NCBI GenBank assembly: GCA_012295275.1
Contig: CM022677.1
Coordinates: forward strand, 15,562,001-15,626,000
DNA length: 64,000 nucleotides
Origin: Chrysomallon squamiferum
Taxonomy: Eukaryota; Animalia; Mollusca
Direction: 5' to 3'
Notes under the pieces: model-generated
What the model saw: only the letters and a program-made list of their open reading frames with translations
The model's database searches: none
What the model was told of the DNA's origin: nothing
Shown: positions 36,041 to 48,400 of the stretch, one piece after another
Position numbering within the stretch: the first letter of the stretch is position 1
Layout: each line of letters opens with the position of its first letter
Translations under genes and position numbers: made by a program

Positions 36041-38103
36041 AACAAAACTTTGATCTGTCTGTCAGTCTCCTTTCCTTAGGTTCTTCTACAATAGAAAACA
36101 GACTTTACTCTCTGTAAAATTACTAATTGTGTTATATTTCTTTTTACTTTTCCTCTGTTGGCTACAATTTTATTTCACGGGAGCATTAATTTCATTATTT
36201 ATTATCTATTTATAAGTCAATATTATTTATTTATTTATTTATTTATTTATTGCTTTATTTCTTGCTTTATTTCTTTAGTTAATTAGATTTTTTTTTTTGT
36301 TGTTGTATCTTAACGTAACATACATTCTGTACCACTTATCAGTTTAAACTGAATAAAAAGCCATTACTAAACATATTCTTTCATTATTTGTATGTATGTA
36401 TAGATATACATACATACACACTATAAACACATGCCTGCATACATACCCACGTGCATCGAAAAAATACCCACATATACACTCAAACACATAAACACTCATA
36501 CAAACATACATTGGCTCATGGTATATTTGTGATGCATATGTTATAGAAAAAAGTATTTATTTATTTATTTATTTATTTTTATAGTTTTAAAAATTAGTTA
36601 TAGTTGTTATTATTCAGTTTCTGTTAAGTCACACTGCACACTGGATATAACTGAAATTCATTCACAGATAAAGCACTGAGGATTTGTAATGCTACATAAT
36701 ATACATTTATCTAAGAAAACAAGTAAACTGTAATCTGTCTCTTAAAATAAAACAGCTGAAAGAAACATTTCTTCATTCTTTGATGTATGGGCCAGTGATA
36801 AGTGTCTATCTATGTTTCAATGTGTGCATGAGTAAGTACTTGTGTAAGTCTGTATGCATGTTTATTTGTGTATTTGAGGTATGTGTTTTTATATGTATTT
36901 ATGCATGTGTATCTGTGTGAGTTTATATTATGTGCATTTGAGTGTGTATATACTTGTGTAAGTCTGTATACATGTGTATTTGAGTGTATGTATTTTTATA
37001 TGTATGTATGCATGTGTATCAGTGTGAGTTTATATTATGTGCATTTGAGTGTGCATATATTTGTGTAAGTCTGTATCTGCATGTATCTGTGTCCTTATTA
37101 TGTATGCATGACTGTGTATGTATTTCTGCAGGTTTGCATGTATATGTGTCTGTGTATGTTTGTATTGTATGTTTAAGTATGTATATATGTTTGTATGTCT
37201 GTATGTACGTGTGGATATATTTGTATTATGTGTGTGCTGTATGAGTGAATTTGTTTATTTAGTCAAATTATCTAGTGATCATGAATATGTTTCTGAATGT
37301 GTGTGTATGTGTGTGTTTTAGAATGTTTGAATGTATGTACTTATATCTAAGTATGTGTTTGTATTACTGTGTGTAAGTTTGGATGAAATCAATGCCAAAT
37401 AAATTATTATCTGAACACCAAAAACAAAAACAAATCTGAAAATAAATAAAGTATCTACCGTGTGTGTTATGTTGTTTTTTTACCTGCTGAAATTAAAGAA
37501 CAACAGAAATTGAATAAAATACCTATCTATATTTAATTATTTTAAATTTGTGTTTTTTTTTTTTTTTTAAATAATTAGTTACTAATTTAAAATCAAACCA
37601 CTCACATTAAAATAGAAAAATAAACATATTCCATAAACATACACAATTAAAAAAACTCATAATTCATCATAAACTAATACACACATATGCGCATACACAT
37701 GCACACAGGCATACCTATAAAAAATTCCATACAAACACAGATACAAAGACACACACTCACACAGAAACACATACGCATACACACACAGACACTCAGACTT
37801 GCACATATATAGACACACTCACAAAAATACAGCCACATTCACACACACAAACATACAAACTTAATACAAGACACATACAACTCACACACATATAAATACA
37901 AACATACACAGAACCATATATACAATTACATACATATATATATAACATCACCATAAAAACTCACTCTTACACATCATGCAAAGATAATTATGTAGAAACA
38001 AAATGACACACAGTGGTATAAAGAGATAAGAGGTATATAAAAATATCACTTGTTTGTAGGTAAAAAGAAGATGGAGGTAGAGCATGTCCCGGTGACAGAA
38101 GCA

Positions 38104-38400
38104 GAAAACACCAGTAACACAGTCAGTGAAAACACCAGTAACACAGTCAGTGAAAACACCAGTAACACAGTCAGAGAAAACACCAGTAACACAGTCAGTG
38201 AAAACAGCAGTAACACAGTCAGAGAAAACACCAGTAACACAGTCAGTGAAAACACCAGTAACACAGTCAGTGAAAACAGCAGTAATACTGTCAGAGAAAA
38301 CACAGTTCAGTCAGAAACTAGCTTAAAGAGAACAGCAGTAACACAGTCAGTGAAAACAGCAGTAACACAGTCAGTGAAAACACAGTTCAGTCAGAAACCA
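38104..38400 (+). repeat. 24-bp minisatellite GAAAACA(C/G)CAGTAACACAGTCAG(T/A) inside a candidate exon (38060-~38519)
   Basis: In-frame ENTSNTVS repeats after TTGTAG|GKKKMEVEHVPVTEA; frame disrupted after ~38320. Confidence 0.85.
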
Positions 38401-39224
38401 GCTTAAAGAGAACAGCAGCACAAAGTGGTGATGAAACAACTACAGCAACAACAGCAACAACAGCAGATGTGAAGAAAACAGAATCAAGCACATTTCTGAA
38501 AATAAGAGAGAAGACAAAAGTAAACCTATGACAAATAAATAATCATAATAATAATAATTATTATTATTACTAACATAGTATTAATATTAATATTATTAAC
38601 AATACTATTAATTACAATAATACAATAATAACAATAAATAACAACAATAACAATAACAACAATAATTAATAAATAAAGAAAAGAAATAAAGTTCTCTATA
38701 ACTTGTTTACTGATTGCTTAATCTTAGATTTACTGTTTTTGTAAAAACAATATTGTTGTCATGATCTTATGTTTTGATTTCATCATGTGGTTTTTAATGC
38801 ACAGAAAAGGTGAAAATAAAAAATCATTAAGTTGACAGCTATTTTAATATAAAATATATTTTGGTACTTTATTAAATAAGAATTTAAACTGTTTTCACTT
38901 AAATAATAATATCCATTTCAAGATGTTGCATTTTGATTTTGTCATCTTTCTCAAAGAAATTTTAAAATAACGTGTCTGATCAAAGGATATCACTACTTTC
39001 ATATAAAATTTATTTGCAAACTTTATCAGTTTGCAATAGGTCTTATAAAACCATCAGTAACCATCCATGTATGATCAATGCATCTCACTAGTTACCTACA
39101 CATCAATGTCTATATAACTACCTTACATATCTATTTTTCTGTATGTCTTTCCATCTATAAACTTAAATATATGTCTAGAGCTCAAAAACATTCTTACACA
39201 TGCATATATGTTACAATATATCAA

Positions 39225-40005
39225 ACTAGTCATTTAGCCTAACACAAAACCATCAGAAATTAGGCCTAATGAGTAAAATGTCCTGGAATTAGGCTGAATG
39301 ACTGTATTTTCCATGGTGTTGTTTGACATTCTGCCTGATAGTTATTTAGACAATAAGTCAAGCAGGTTTAATGCTTTGCAACATTATTAGTGGTTCAATT
39401 CAATTCTTTATTATTCTAAGCTTTACAGCTTATTGATATACAATGTCAATAATAATAAGAAAGAAAAAAAAGAAGAAAAAAAACAACAACAGAATTACAA
39501 ATACTGACAGTATGAAAAAAGAGAAAAATCCTTTGGAGAATATTAATTGCAGATAAATTATGTCTAACAAGTCAAAACTTTTTGACCAGTTACCACCCAA
39601 GACCAAGCTTGACCAGTTGCCACCTAAAACCAAGCTTGACCAGTTACCACTCAAAACCAAGCTTGACCAATTACCACCCAACTCGGAACCTGACCAGCTG
39701 CTGCCCAGTGCCAGGAGCCAGTTTGATGTGTGTCCCCAGAGACTGCTGTTGTCTCATGATGTCTCTTAGAGCAGGGCTGTCAACAGAGTCCACCGCAGGA
39801 GGAGAAGAGTTTGTGAAATGCAACTGTGAAGTGAAAAAGAGTCAAACAAAATGTTTCAAGAACAATTCAAGATGTTACCCAAGTTTGAACTGGTGTAATA
39901 AATAGAACACTACTTGTAATTTTGTCAAAATAAATGTTTTCTTGAAATTGGAAATCATTCTTTTTCATTCAGTGATTTTGCCTAATGACTAAAGGTCTGG
40001 TTACC
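39225..40005 (+). mobile_element. Internally deleted DNA transposon with a KRBA2/SCAND3-type (Ginger2/TDD-like) integrase C-terminus
   Basis: ARSQFDVCPQRLL...SLRAGLSTESTAGGEEFVKCNC...KCFKNNSRCYPSLNWCNK* (~39710-39905) is the Cys-rich tail of these integrases. ATTAGGC/GCCTAATGA subterminal motifs at both ends. Confidence 0.72.
39581..39705 (+). repeat. 27-bp tandem repeat (TTGACCAGTTACCACCCAAGACCAAGC), about 5 units
   Basis: Encodes LDQLPPKTK repeats, in frame with the integrase remnant ARSQFDVCPQ. Confidence 0.85.
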
Positions 40006-40659
40006 ACTTATCTACCACTCTGCATCTCTCTTTGTGTCTATATGTCAACCTGTTGAGTAACTATCTACACACATACCTATCTGCTTGTTCTATCTTATCT
40101 AGTTTGTTTTTATCTTCTCCATGCAAGAATATTCCAATCCATCAGTAACCATCCATCAATCATCTACCCAACCTACCTACATATCTAATTATGCCAACAT
40201 ACCTGCATTATAACTGTATTTCTGTCTGTCCATTTACAAAAACACTCTATAAAACTTTATTTAGTTTCTCTCTCACTGTCCAAATTATTATCACTGTACC
40301 TTCTCTTTCTGTCTGTGTATCTTCCTCTCTGTCAGTTTATCTAGAGTCTGTCTTCTGTCTGTCTGTCTATCTATATTTTATTATCCCTTTTTCTTACACC
40401 TGTCTAACTATGACTACTTGTCAACCTTCTGACACTGTTTTTCATGCAGTGTGTAATCTATGTATCAATCCATCATCTATCTTTCTATCCATCTGTGCAT
40501 CTGTTACTGGACATTTTTAAAATTTATTATTAAAGTTAAAAAACACACACGTTTATCACATAAATTTTCAATATACAATGAGCTTCTTTTTAAAGTAAAT
40601 TTAATTATCTGGTATACATTTACTTTCACCGTAATATATTTATTTAAAAAGGGCACTTA

Positions 40660-41770
40660 CCTGGAAACCATATTTCTTCATGTCTACTGGAGTACTTGTT
40701 TACAATAACAGTTTACACTCTTCTTTTCAGTATCAATCTGTGTGTAGATAATAAAACATCTCCTTAATTTCAGGTCTTCTCACTTCTTCCTTTTAAATAG
40801 AAAAACCAAAAATATATTAATGTTCACATAAACTAACTGAGTTCTTTATAAAGCAAAAACTGAAATTTAATTTGCTGCTACTAAAAACTTTGAAAAAGAA
40901 GCAAGAACAATATAAAAAACAAATAATAATAATAACAATAAAAAAAACAAATTCAGTATATATCACATGAACATATTTTTAAAACAGTGTTTAATCTGGC
41001 AAATGCTGTCCTAGATTCTAGTGAGAAAATGGATTCTCAAACAGGAAACTAATTTAATCCTAGGAATAAAGTGTTTATACAATTACAAAGACTTCCAGCA
41101 TTATTGTTTTTCTGCTTTGCAAATTTGACAAATGTCTGAAGATGCTATGCGAGATACAGCAAAGACTCTGAGTATTTCAAAGTCCACACTGTGTGACACA
41201 GACGAAACATCTCGACGTGACCTCCAAGCCAAAGAGCAAGAATAATCTGGTTTTTAATGCAGCTACCTAAGTGTGGACAGTGTCAGAAATGTGACATACA
41301 ACAGTGAAATGTACACAGTGATATAACCCATTTAGCTATTCTGGTGGAAATCACTACAAAAACTCTGACCACTGCTGATCCCTGGCAAAAACTGCAAAGG
41401 ATCACATGAAATAAATAAATAAATAAATACCCTATAGCTGCATTATGACATCTTCATTATGAAAGTTTTTATGTGTCTTATTAATCCAGTTAAAATAAAT
41501 TTCAGGTCATCTTACGTGTTAAAGTTTCTTATTTCCTGTAAAATATAATTCTCTGACAAGAATAAATAATATTACTCAAATAGAACTTACCTTTTTTTTC
41601 TCTATTGATGTCGCATGCTTTCTTCTCAAACTGTAGGAACTGTAGGAACTGCTGACAAACACATTCTGACTGGAGTCAGTTTCTATTGTTTGTGTTAGTA
41701 TTACTGACGACATTCAACATGAGATAAAATGTCAGACTCTTTCAAGCTGATAATCACACAGGCAGTGTCT
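40660..41770 (-). pseudogene. Cluster of degenerate minus-strand exons, product unknown
   Basis: CTTAC (GTAAG donors) at ~40656 and ~41586 with matching acceptors. Peptides such as EEVRRPEIKEMFYYLHTD*Y*KEECKLLL*TSTPVDMKKYGFQ contain stops. Confidence 0.35.
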
Positions 41771-42081
41771 GTAAGTAAAATTAAGATGAAATTAAAGTAT
41801 TTAGGGAAACAAAGTTTATTTCTCTGCTGATCAGAGGTGAAAACAACACATCTTCTTATGCAGCAGGAAACGAACAACATAGACAGAAAGCTTCATATAC
41901 TCATTATCTCAGTCATAAATATATACAAAGTCATTTAACATTTTATCTGTTTTATAAAGCAATTAGCATAGTTGAAAAACATTGAAACAAAAACTAGATC
42001 ATTATATTCAAATATTTAAAACACAATTAACATCATTGTGTCAAAGTGAATGGTATCTGCATGTGTTGTGTGTGTGTGAGT

Positions 42082-42113
<32 letters not shown>

Positions 42114-42236
42114 TTTTTTGTTGTGTGTAGATGTGTGTGTTCCTGTTTTTTGATCAATATTGTTCTGTACATATTTGTTAATATTACTTTTAATTTTTTT
42201 CTTCTTATTGGTATCATCATTATCATCATCATCATC

Positions 42237-42287
<51 letters not shown>

Positions 42288-42516
42288 TACTATTATTATT
42301 ATTATTATTTCACATTATAGGTGAAATTTTTGTTTCTTTCTTTTTGTCTGTCTTTGATAAACGACAGAACAAAAATAAATGTCACTGTTGGGTGTCATTC
42401 AAAACTAAATAAAGCAGAAAATACGTGAAACTACAGATATGTGTTTGTTGTTTTTGTTTTTACTATGCTAACACTAGAATCAGGTTAGAAAATTCGATGG
42501 CTAATGAAGAGTGAAC

Positions 42517-42520
<4 letters not shown>

Positions 42521-42598
<78 letters not shown>
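42521..42598. repeat. (GA)n microsatellite
   Basis: Pure run. Other dinucleotide runs at 44010, 45400, 61246, 62711 and 63078. Confidence 0.95.
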
Positions 42599-42602
<4 letters not shown>

Positions 42603-44007
42603 GCTTATGATGAGAGTGTACTTTTGTATGGGTTATAAATCGACAAACAGAAAAAGATACATATGGATTTTGAAAGTTGTTATGCATGCAGGAGGCGAGT
42701 GAGACAGAAAGACTCAGAGGTAGAGAGAGTTTGATAAAGATAAAAACTTAGACAGGCTGACAGATTGTTTGTAGGACAGATAAATAGACTGATAGCAAGG
42801 AACAAAGATAAATAGAAAGCCACAGAGGAACGTACTGATAGATATAGAAATACAGAGACAGATTAAGAGACATAACAGATGAAAGCAACTGTATGATGGT
42901 AATGTGAGGTATATAATAAAGTGTGACTATATATATGTGTGTGTGTGTGTGAAAGAGTTCTTTTTTAGAGAGTGAGGTTGATTTGAGTATTTGAGCAAGA
43001 AACTGTGTGAATATGTGTTTATGAGTTAGAGAGAAAGAATGGGTATATCATGTGTGATTTTGTGTGTTTTTCTGTGTGTTTTTGAATGTGCATATGTGTT
43101 GTAGATACATAGTTAGATAGAGGGACAGAAAGATATATGTCAATGTGAAAGATGTACATGTAAACATGTATGGCTCTATAATATTATGTGTTTTTGTGTT
43201 AGAGAGAATGTGGATACACAGGGTATTACTACGTTTATATAATGTTTAGAAAGAATGGGTGTATTATACAAAGAACACTCCTTTTTGAACATGCATGTAT
43301 TATCTATCTTGTTCTCAAGAAGAAACACTCACTCTGTCTTACATATGCACTCCAGCTTTCACATTTGTAGACATAGCTTACCTAACAAATATATGTATAC
43401 ACATAAACACATTTTCATTCACACATCACCTCTCTCTAACCCTCACAAAAATAAATACTCAGTATATTCTTACACATGCCTGTCTCTAAGTAAATCTACC
43501 CCAAAATCTATATCTGAAATAAATAAACATAATCTTGTTCACGCTTATTTATTGACCCATCCTCAAATATAAACATACTCTCATTTACACATTCATTTAT
43601 ACACCAATCCTCTAACATAAATACAAAACAGTATATCCATACAGATATACTCATGAATATGAACCTACAAATGCATATATTTATTTTTTGTATATATCCA
43701 TCTATCTATATCTATCCTAACACACATATACATAAACCCACATTCATTCACTCATATATTTATTTATATTTATTGATCAATCATATGATTCTCTCATCAC
43801 ACTATCTTTCACACATTTATATACCCATTCTCTCTAATACACACATATGCCCATATTTATACAGACAACTATATACATACACATCAGTTGTCTATCTATC
43901 TATATGTAATTATTGTCTACCTGACCTATGGATCTATCTCTCTAGCATTGCCTAGCAATCCATCTATCTAGCTCTCTGTCAATCCATCTCGTGTTCACAA
44001 AATTAGT

Positions 44008-44049
<42 letters not shown>

Positions 44050-44593
44050 CTATTTGCCCCATTTTTAAAATGCATTATTTAAATACTTTTTCTTACACAA
44101 ACTGACAATCCTCCTTTAACACTGCCATACAGCAATCCTCTCTAGCAAACATACAAACACATCAAGACCTCCACATTTCCCTATCCACCTCTCTATCTGT
44201 CTTTGTATCTCTATTCAAATATGTGTCTGTCTATCTGCCTATCTATCTATCTATCTATCTATCTATCAGTATATGTATTTATTTATCTATTTTATCCCAT
44301 ATATATAAGCAACACTCTCTCTAACACACAAACAACAGATCATTTTTTTTTACAGATGTGCAGGCATATACTCATGCCTCCCTCTATCTTGCTAGTTGTC
44401 TGTCTTTCTTTCTGTCTATCAACCTACATTTTTTTGTGCCCATTTGACATTTGACCATCTATCCACACTTTTTTTACACATTATACATGTGCCCTATCAT
44501 ATATGTGTACTCATCCTTTAATAGACATACATACCAATCACTTCCTAAAGACAGAAATACATTATCATTCCTATACAGCTGTTTCTCTGTTTT

Positions 44594-44632
<39 letters not shown>

Positions 44633-45398
44633 ATACATTAATTAATGCATATGTGTATATATGTATGTCAGTCTGTCTACAAATCAATCTACTGAACTAG
44701 TACTACACATCTACCTTCCTATCAGTTTATCTCTCTAGCTTGTATGTCTATTTTTTCAGTAACCATCTGCATATTAACTACACACTACTTCAAACCTCTG
44801 TATATCTTTCTATATAACCTATCTATATAATCTATCTGTATTTATCTCCATATCTGTATTGATCTCTGTATATCTATCTATATAAATTATCAGTATTATC
44901 TCTGTATATCTCTCTATATAACCTATGTATTTATCTCTGGATATCTAGCTTTAAGTTATCATTTCATCACTAACTCGATCCAAACACAGATCCAATCCTC
45001 TCTGTCTTCTTTCTGTCTCTGATTGTATTTATCTATGTACATATACATGATCATATCCACTTTACTATCATACTTGCTTACACCTATCTTTCTATCTATC
45101 TTCCTGAATATCTATTTATCATTCAATAGGTAGATATGAACCTACTGACCTACCTGTTCTTTAGCTATCTGTAAACCCATCAATCAAACTCTAAGTAAAT
45201 GCCTGCCTATATATATATTTCCCTATCCATAAATATTACAATCCATCAATAACCATCCATGAATCACCTATTCATCTTCCTGACTATCTCCCTAAATAAT
45301 TATAACTACTTTACATATCTGTCTGTATGTGTTACTGTCCATTTATAACATAAATAATTCTCATTCAGAATTCCCATATTTAGCCATCCTTATCATTG

Positions 45399-45444
<46 letters not shown>

Positions 45445-48400
45445 CACTTTCTATGCATATGAATACAGTTGTCACCTGTCTATATATATATCTCTATATG
45501 TATGTCTAGCTACACAATTTCTCAGTCTATCTACATAAGTCTATCAGTCTATCTCTCAGTCTGGCACGCAAACACACATGACAGAAAGAAGAATACACAG
45601 AACAGACAGACAGACATTCTCATATTTACTTATGTGCCTAAATTCATCTACATGTATCAATTCATTTGTTAACTTCTACTGATCTGTCTATTAGACACTC
45701 TCTACCTGTTAACCTCCCATCAGACAGTCAGTATCACATCTCTGTCAATCAGCTCCCCATTTCTTCAAATGGTTGGTCTCAAGTTAACTTCTAATATTCT
45801 TTATGAAAACAACTTTAAGCTGTAACCTGCTTGTTGTCTATCTGTAAATATCATTGTTCCACATATTTTCATTTCTTCTCCACTAATTTGTAAAGTAGAA
45901 CCACACAGAGCTTTGGAAAATAATTCATTAGCAATATAAACAATGCCAGGCATTTTAGTTAAATAACTAATTGATAAGTTCTGTCATTTATTAATTTATT
46001 AATTCTTTGAGACAAATCACTTACAATATCTGGATTTCGAACAGATTACAACAAAAATCATCTTACAAAGTTCCCCATAACTTAAGGCATGGAACAGTGT
46101 TATATAAAAAAATTTAAATATGAAACTGATCGTTTGCATCATAATAGTACGTGTTTCAGAAGTTGAATTTCTTTTGTTTTAACGAAAAAGACAAAAAAAA
46201 AATAATTTGAGGAACCTTTAATTTAACTTTTTTTTTTTTTTATTGTAAAATTGATATCAAGCAATGAATGTGTCAAGGCAATGATTCAAATAACATGTGA
46301 TCAATTTGCTTTTTATATGTAAATACCACCTCATGTATTGAAAATGGAAATAAATATTAAAATGAAAAGTTATAATGGTTTTATAACTACGTACTCAGAG
46401 CTGAAGTTTTTATGATTTACCCTGATAAAGATGGTTTTTCATATTACAAAACCATGATGTCCTGCACCTTTCCTAACTACTTTTTCAACTAAAATAAATG
46501 AAATAAATAAATAAAATTAAATGAAGAATATTAAATGAAATAGGTATTTTAGAATAATTCAATAAATAATATTAACACATCAAAATAAACCAAAAATAAA
46601 GGAAACTGGTTATTTAAAAGTCAAAGATAACACAGGGATTGTTAATAAGCTGGTTCTGTCTGCTACAAAACATTATACAGAATTAGTTATTTTCATCTAA
46701 AAGCACCAAATCTAATTTACCGTCATCTCGCGAGGCGTAATCTATCAGAAGGTCATGGTCTAAGGGAAATAACTCTATTTAACATGTAGGTAAATATACC
46801 AAAAAGACTGAGTATTGAGTAAACTTTAAAAGAAAAGAAAAAGGAAAGATGGAAACCACGCAGAAACATTTTTTTTGTTGTTGTTTTGTTTCAATAAATG
46901 AGAAAGACTAAGAAGAAACGAAAGATTACTTGTAATATCTTAAGTCTCCTGAATATGGATCATTCACTGAATTTACTAAATTTACTAAAGTGATTTTATT
47001 TAAATCTATATTATTTTTTATTTCTATTTAATGTAACTGTTGTTTTTTGTTTTTTTTATAATAAATATGTGTCTGAAATAATTATTTTATTTCCTTTCTT
47101 AATCTTTTCTTTTTTGCTTATTTCAGTATTCTTTCTTAATTATTATTTTATCTTTTTAAGTAGTATTATTGCAGTTACTGTTCTTTTTTTCGTTAATGTC
47201 ATGTCAGATAGTATTACTGTTGCCATTATAAAGAAAGAAACAATTACCAACAGACAGATTGATAAAAACACACATTATGCACACACACACACACACATAG
47301 AAAAGAAAAAGTTTGGTATTCATGTTTGCCTTAGAACACTGGTTTTCAACCTTATGAGCAACTCAGTATGACCGATGACCCCTTTAACATTTTTGATTCA
47401 GTAATATATAGGGTTACCATATTTTCATCAACCAAAGACAGTGCTAAAGGAATCTAAATAACAGAGACATAGGTACACTGAAGATAACTAGGGATGGATT
47501 TAGAGACAGACAGACATTTTACATAAACTTGTAACAAAGTGTTTGCACATGCGTTAATATATCATCATATTAACCTCGTTTTTCACATTTTTTCTTTTAT
47601 AGGTCACTTTAATTATTCAGTTTACTTTTGTCCTTTTTTATCTATCTTCTGTCTATCTATCGATCTACCTGTCTGTCTGTCTGTTTATCTATCCACCTAC
47701 CTATCCACCTCTCAGAATGTAGTAATAAGTAGAGGGGTCGCTGTAACTATAACTTCAGTAATTTTTGTTATAAACACTGCAAACAATATTGATAATAAAG
47801 AAGCGATGATGTTTGATCTCACTTGGAGAGATTCAGTGTATTCTGAAAATACTGAAGGATCTTCGAGATTAATATTAATCAATTTATTTATTTATTTATT
47901 TGTCTTAATATATCCTCTCACCTTTCAATTCTACTAATCTTAACAATAACAAAAACAACAACAATAATAATAATAACAATAATAATAATAATAATAATAG
48001 TAGTAGTAATAATAATAATAATAATAATGTGGAAAACACTCACTATTTTTCAATGAAATAAACATACTTCACTGTTTTCTTTTCTGGAAGCTTTATAACA
48101 ATTTCTGGTTGTAGCTTTCCATCTCATTTGCAAAATCACTTTCTTGACTGAAAGTATCAAAATAAACATTTCAGATGAAAAATATAAATGTCATCATGTA
48201 CAGTACTGTATTTGTTACACTACTGAAAATATTTCATTTGAAATGAAATAATTTTATTTGAGGTAAACATCACAAAGGAAGAAGAAAAACAAATTATTAC
48301 TGTAATTCAAAATAATGTTTGCAAATTTTACAAATTTAAAATCTGAGTAATATATAATGATAATAATAAAAATAAAATAAACAAAAACTAAATAATTGTG

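Larger units (their letters stand above)
32525..36050 (+). mobile_element. Putative endogenous viral element (ssDNA virus, parvovirus-like capsid), degraded
   Basis: Microsatellite-free, CpG-richer, densely coding island between host repeats. All reconstructable ORFs lie on + and are tightly packed; a capsid-like gene is central. Confidence 0.65.

Noticed and set aside
36868-37321. Overlapping Cys/Val/Tyr-rich ORFs
   Set aside because: Degenerate (TG/TA)n DNA with a short internal duplication.
41982-45672. Many 60-110 aa ORFs (CVCV, ERER, IYLSIY types)
   Set aside because: Products of GT, GA and TATC simple repeats; no domain or splice support.
47337-47450. CACTGGTTTTCAACCTT, resembling a Charlie/hAT TIR
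   Set aside because: No partner TIR or TSD identified; too short to call.
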